From Octopus bimaculoides (Eukaryota): a DNA stretch of 40,881 nt. A program made the translations under genes and the position numbers. Below the pieces are notes generated by a model, which searched no databases, had not been told where the DNA came from, and worked only from the letters and a program-made list of their open reading frames with translations. Numbering within the stretch: position 1 is the first letter of the stretch; the number at the start of each line of letters is the position of its first letter. Location: NCBI RefSeq assembly GCF_001194135.2, contig NC_068981.1, positions 4,147,507 to 4,188,387 of the forward strand, read 5' to 3'. Shown in pieces: positions 36,104-40,881 of this stretch.

Positions 36104-36512
36104 TTAGAAATAATACATTTCTAAATCTCTCAGAGAGATTTATGCAGTAGTGATACGATGAAGTAGTTGTACGCTGTCAACTGAATGTGACAGTCCCCTG
36201 AAGGGACTAATACTACTGTTTGTTAGACCTAGGAAGCTGCACCGCTTCCTGTTGGCCTTGACACATTTCCTGTGTCCTTAAGTTTAGGGACTAGCAGGTC
36301 ATGCTATTCCAGACTGATGACGAGCAAAGACTCAGAAAAATGTCTCTGGATGCAGGCTTAGCTGGATGGAGGTGCTTGTCTACCCCTTGTATACATAAGG
36401 ACACAGGAAATGTGTCAAGGCCGACAAGAAGCAGTGCAGCTAACCCTAACCCAACAGTAATATTATTCCCTTCAGGGGACCGTCACATTAAGTAGATAGC
36501 ATACAACTACTT
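36104..36512. mobile_element. Foldback insertion (arms 36161-36280 / 36396-36512) with a central hammerhead-like motif, interrupting the mariner relic
   Basis: Arms include a perfect 27-bp inverted match (36254-36280 / 36396-36422). Imperfect duplication AATACAGGAGAT (36092-36103) / AATACGTGAGAT (36513-36524). Transposase homology resumes after the insertion. Confidence 0.8.
36308..36350 (+). ncRNA. Degenerate type I hammerhead-like motif, second family
   Basis: TCCAGA-CTGATGA-CGAG-CAAAGA-CTCA-GAAA-AATG-TC-TCTGGA: 6-bp stem I, core boxes and a GTC triplet. About two substitutions from a foldable core. Confidence 0.6.
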
Positions 36513-37101
36513 AATACGTGAGATGTGCCTTTTCACCCTTTTTTTTTTACTGGGCTTAAGAGTCAATGCTGCTGTCTACACAGAGGTGTTGGAGAAAGTT
36601 GTGAGACCCTGGATAGACAGGGTACACAATCGAAGACCCTATGTCTCCCAACATGATTCTTCACTGTCTCATAAGGCCAGGCCAACCTAAGTGTGCTGAC
36701 AAGCCAATCTCCATAATTATGTTCGTCCAGACACAGGAACTCCTAAGCTCACCAGACCTCAATCCACTGGACTATTATGTATGGGGCATAGTTGAGAGAG
36801 AGAGAGAGGTCAATTAAGTGTATATATGTGGCAGCGTGGTTAAGAAGTTTGCCTTCTAACCTTATGGCTTTGAGTTCAGTCACACTGCATGGCAATTTGG
36901 GTGTTTTCCACTACATCCCTGAGTTCATTAAAGTGTTGTGAGTGGGTTTCTTAGGTGGAAACTGAAAGACATCCATCAATAGCTGTGAAATGAATGTCAC
37001 CATCTCACAAGCAGAGTCATTCTTTACCTATTTTCTGCAAAAACATGTTTGGTAATGGTGAAATATCACAGATGAGGGTTGGTAATAGGAAGGGCATCTG
37101 A

Positions 37102-37495
37102 GTATTTACATTATTTACATTTGGCAGATATTTGTCCTCATCTTGTTTGTTGTTAACACAACGTTTCGGCTGGAATTGAACTTGATCTTGGGGTTAGTAG
37201 CNNNNNNNNNNAACCACTACGCCATATGCCTGTGGGCATAGTGGTTAAGAGCGCGGGCTACTAACCCCAAGATTCCGAGTTCAATTCTTGGCAGTGACCT
37301 GAATAATAAGAATAATAATAATATCGAAAAATACCTTAGGATTGAGAATCCAGGATCGAAATTTCCCCAAGACACCTGATGAAGGCTGGAGGGTATATTA
37401 GCTGAAACGTTGTGTTAACAACAAACAAGATGAGGACAAATATCCATCAAATGTAAATAATGTACATAATTCCTCATCTCTTAAATATAGAACTG
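37102..37495. mobile_element. Head-to-head tRNA/hammerhead element, locus F, inserted into an older RTE-tail repeat
   Basis: Internally deleted - arm plus near-full + arm. GCATCTGA duplicated at 37094-37101 and 37497-37504; the host repeat resumes after it. Confidence 0.88.
37371..37416 (+). ncRNA. Minimal type I hammerhead ribozyme motif (most intact copy; predicted GUU cleavage after 37411)
   Basis: Stem I GACAC/GTGTT; CTGATGA 37376-37382; extra A; stem II GGCTG/TAGCT (two G-U pairs); GAAA 37404-37407; loop-less palindromic ACGT helix III. Structure inferred by eye, activity untested. Confidence 0.7.
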
Positions 37496-37614
37496 AGCAT
37501 CTGATTGTACAAAAATCTGCCTCAATAAATTCTGTCCGACCCTAGCAAGCATGGAAAAGTGAATGCTAAAATGATGATGTCAATGATGATGTTACCAAAG
37601 TTTAAAGAGCTTAC

Positions 37615-37778
37615 CTTTCTTTGTAGGTGTTTTGATATTATTAAATTTCTCCATTTTACTATCTTCGTATCTTTTTGCTTCCGAGACAAAATTTTGTATT
37701 TGTTTTCTTTCTTCAGGATTCAGTTTAAGCATCTTTTCAACAAAATGCGAAATTTCCAAGTATTTCTTTTGTGGTAAT
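37615..37778 (-). CDS. Candidate orphan coding exon, 5' part hidden in gap
   Basis: Open frame LPQKKYLEISHFVEKMLKLNPEERKQIQNFVSEAKRYEDSKMEKFNNIKTPTKK ends at a strong donor AAG|GTAAGC; no family recognised. Confidence 0.35.
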
Positions 37779-38964
37779 NNNNNNNNNNNNNNNNNNNNNN
37801 NNNNNNNNNNNNNNNNNNNNNNNNNNNNNNNNNNNNNNNNNNNNNNNNNNNNNNNNNNNNNNNNNNNNNNNNNNNNNNNNNNNNNNNNNNNNNNNNNNNN
37901 NNNNNNNNNNNNNNNNNNNNNNNNNNNNNNNNNNNNNNNNNNNNNNNNNNNNNNNNNNNNNNNNNNNNNNNNNNNNNNNNNNNNNNNNNNNNNNNNNNNN
38001 NNNNNNNNNNNNNNNNNNNNNNNNNNNNNNNNNNNNNNNNNNNNNNNNNNNNNNNNNNNNNNNNNNNNNNNNNNNNNNNNNNNNNNNNNNNNNNNNNNNN
38101 NNNNNNNNNNNNNNNNNNNNNNNNNNNNNNNNNNNNNNNNNNNNNNNNNNNNNNNNNNNNNNNNNNNNNNNNNNNNNNNNNNNNNNNNNNNNNNNNNNNN
38201 NNNNNNNNNNNNNNNNNNNNNNNNNNNNNNNNNNNNNNNNNNNNNNNNNNNNNNNNNNNNNNNNNNNNNNNNNNNNNNNNNNNNNNNNNNNNNNNNNNNN
38301 NNNNNNNNNNNNNNNNNNNNNNNNNNNNNNNNNNNNNNNNNNNNNNNNNNNNNNNNNNNNNNNNNNNNNNNNNNNNNNNNNNNNNNNNNNNNNNNNNNNN
38401 NNNNNNNNNNNNNNNNNNNNNNNNNNNNNNNNNNNNNNNNNNNNNNNNNNNNNNNNNNNNNNNNNNNNNNNNNNNNNNNNNNNNNNNNNNNNNNNNNNNN
38501 NNNNNNNNNNNNNNNNNNNNNNNNNNNNNNNNNNNNNNNNNNNNNNNNNNNNNNNNNNNNNNNNNNNNNNNNNNNNNNNNNNNNNNNNNNNNNNNNNNNN
38601 NNNNNNNNNNNNNNNNNNNNNNNNNNNNNNNNNNNNNNNNNNNNNNNNNNNNNNNNNNNNNNNNNNNNNNNNNNNNNNNNNNNNNNNNNNNNNNNNNNNN
38701 NNNNNNNNNNNNNCATGTTTTTTGAAGCCTGGTATTTATTCTGTCTCTGAGTGGGGGAGGGGAGCAGGGTTGAAAAATTCATAAATTTTAAAATGTGATA
38801 CAAGCTTCCCATTTAAAAGTGACCTAAATTAAAAGCTTGCATTAAAATTTCATGTTAATTCATGTCCCAAACACCATAACGACTAAGATGGATCACTAAA
38901 TTCTTCATTATTTTGAAAATTAAGCAAAACAAAGGCAATGCATTTCAACAGAAATATGGCCATC

Positions 38965-39400
38965 AACAGTGTCATTGTTTAACGTCCATTTTCCATGCCT
39001 GCATAGGTAGGATGGCTGACAGGAGCTGGTCAGGTAGAAAACATGCCCTAAGCTACTGTGCCTGTTTTGGCAGGGATTTTACACCTGGATGCCCTTCCTA
39101 ACACCAACCACTCTGCAGAGTGGACTCAGAACTTTTTATGTGACACAGGCTCAGGTGAGGTTAGTTTTGGCAAGATTTTCACAGCTGGATGCCCTTCCAG
39201 ATACCAACCACGTTACAGTGAGTTCTGGATGCTTTTAACGTGGCACCAGCACTGGCAAAGTAATCAAGTAACTCACAAGACAAGGAATTATGAGAGGGGC
39301 AGGGGCATTTGAGGAAGGGAACTTGTGTCAGAGGGTGAAAGGTTAGAGTGTGACAAAGAGACAGGAGCAGGTGTCCTGCCACAACAGAGAGCGAGATAAG
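38965..39400 (-). mobile_element. RTE-tail repeat with internal duplication and purine-rich extension
   Basis: GTTTAACGTCCATTTTCCATGC terminus; TTTTCACA(C/G)CTGGATGCCCTTCC occurs twice (~39077 and ~39177). Confidence 0.6.
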
Positions 39401-39722
39401 AGGAAGTGATCCAGCAATGAAAGAGTTAATGACTGCTTTCCCTGTTTGCATCAGTTGGATGGTTTGATAGGAGCCAACGGAACCAGAAACCCCAAAACAA
39501 AACAATCACTAAATCGGCTTTGGACTTACCAAAGTTTTATCACCGTGGGCGGACACTGACTGATGTTTCCATAGATTTTATCAATGAAAGGAAGAACTTC
39601 TTTCCATTTATTCTGTTCACCATATGCTTGTACTGCCAAAATTACAAAACTTTCATAACAAATTCTGAAATAAAGGGAAACACAAGATAAATTTAAATAT
39701 CTTCTATATACTGTCAGTTAAG

Positions 39723-40100
39723 TCAAATAAGCAAATACAATCATTCATCAACAGGTGCTTGCGTAGTATACTTAAAATCAGATGGCCCGAACACGTAAGC
39801 AATATGGAGCTATGGCAAAGAACAAATCAAGTTTCGATTAGGGAGCAAATATTTAAGAAAAAGTGGAAGTTGATTGGTATCACAATTGGAAAAGACACAC
39901 CAAATGTAGCAAAAAGTGCTTTACAGTGGAATCCGGATGGATATAGAAAGAGGGGTAGGCCTAAGAATTCGTGGCGTAGATCAACACAAAAGGAACTAGA
40001 GAAAGGGGGACATTCATGGCAGAGTATAAGTACAGAAGCGAAAAATTATGCGACATGGAAGTCAATTATAAGTGGCCTATACTCTGCGTTGGAAGGTTAA
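39723..40100 (+). mobile_element. C-terminal fragment of a second RTE-clade LINE ORF
   Basis: IQSFINRCLRSILKIRWPEHVSNMELW...ALQWNPDGYRKRGRPKNSWRR, the typical RTE post-RT tail. Confidence 0.82.
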
Positions 40101-40312
40101 AGGCAAGAAAGAAAAAAAAGAAAAAAATATACTGTCACAAACTGTGTATATATATTATGACCATGTACACATACAAACTGTATCGTACATGTTATCAATA
40201 TGTACACCTAAAGCACATAATTTTAACATTAATACTTTTACTGGTGATATCATGTTGGTCCTGGATATGTAAAGACGTCACTGCACTCTTTGTTCTTCAT
40301 ATGCATAACATA

Positions 40313-40881
40313 CAGGGGTTGGACAAAATAATGGAAACGACTAGCATCATAGCATCATAATTTTGAAATATCTATAAAACCATCAAAAGCTTGTTTATTT
40401 TTATGTTTTTTGATTTATTATTAGTGTTGCTTAATATGTTTTGCTAAAATTGCTGTTTCTTTCCAGATATCATAAGAAAAGGGTAATTAAAATTCATTAA
40501 AATGACAGATCTATTGGACTTTCAAAGAGGTCAAATTGTTGGTGCTTTTATGGCAGGTGCTAGCATAGTGAAAACAGCCGAAATGTTTGGTGTATCAAGA
40601 AGTACTGTCTCAAAAGTAATGACAGCCTTTGAGAAAGAGGGAAAAACCTTCTTGTCGAAACAAAACTCCAGAAGAAAACCAAAATTTTCAGATAGATAGG
40701 AGCGTCAGACTATTGTGCGAATTGTTAGAAAAGATCACAAAAGTACAGCCCCCAAAATTACTACAGAGCTTAATGACCACCTCGAGAACCCAGTTTCCAC
40801 AAAAACTGTTTGCTGGGAGCTGCACAAAGCCAGATTTCATGGGAGGGCTGTAGTCGGAAAACCACTACTTTCAAAAACAAA
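40313..40881 (+). mobile_element. Tc1-like DNA transposon 5' end (runs off window); transposase from 40502 with in-frame TAG at 40697-40699
   Basis: TA|CAGGGGTTGGACAAAATAATGGAAAC TIR. MTDLLDFQRGQIVGAFMAGAS...GVSRSTVSKV (paired-like HTH), and the same frame continues ERQTIVRIVRKDHKSTAPKIT...KPLL after the stop. Confidence 0.9.

Larger units (their letters stand above)
35510..36795 (+). pseudogene. Decayed IS630-Tc1-mariner transposase, DD37D (maT-type), interrupted at 36104-36512
   Basis: ERAVIAVLRAQHDNTEIDHLLKVVQSFISKVQKEL...; MLWFFSDERNFNQD; MVLGVVNNTGD; GLRVNAAVYTEVLEKVVRPWID...QHD...SPDLNPLDYYVWGIVE. There are 37 residues between the second and third D after removing a 1-nt insertion; multiple stops. 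Confidence 0.85.

Noticed and set aside
36441-36453. Telomere-like TAACCCTAACCC in the foldback right arm
   Set aside because: Only two units and not preserved in the left arm; insufficient to claim telomeric priming.
16348-38812. Long ORFs made mostly of X (e.g. 18141..18488, 22626..23096, 26818..27399, 37592..38812, 37632..38750)
   Set aside because: Artefacts of N-gaps (16403-16516, 18212-18464, 22723-22998, 27000-27236, 37779-38713); only the 37615-37778 piece is kept as a weak candidate.

Overview
Repeat-rich, AT-rich eukaryotic draft assembly with N-gaps. The repeat families and intron style suggest an octopus/cephalopod genome (inference). One host gene is clear: the last nine coding exons of RNF123/KPC1 (RING E3 ligase) on the + strand, 694-13651. 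All splice phases join into one open frame ending in a C3HC4 RING and TAA. The rest is mostly mobile DNA: a Dong/R4-like 3' end with an (AAT)n tail, RTE LINE fragments with many short copies of their 3' tail, three tRNA-headed SINE families, piggyBac- and hAT-type MITEs, a DD37D (maT) mariner relic and a Tc1 5' end. The most unusual signal is a non-coding element made of a tRNA-like Pol III head, an (AAT)n linker, a minimal hammerhead-ribozyme motif and a short tail. It occurs six times. Five are head-to-head palindromic dimers, four of them flanked by 8-14 bp target-site duplications, with one arm carrying a ~30-nt tail that the other lacks, which resembles Penelope-like (PLE) integration. 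A second, unrelated hammerhead-like motif sits in the loop of a ~120-bp-arm inverted repeat inserted into the mariner relic. Ribozyme activity and novelty relative to Repbase/Dfam cannot be established from sequence alone.
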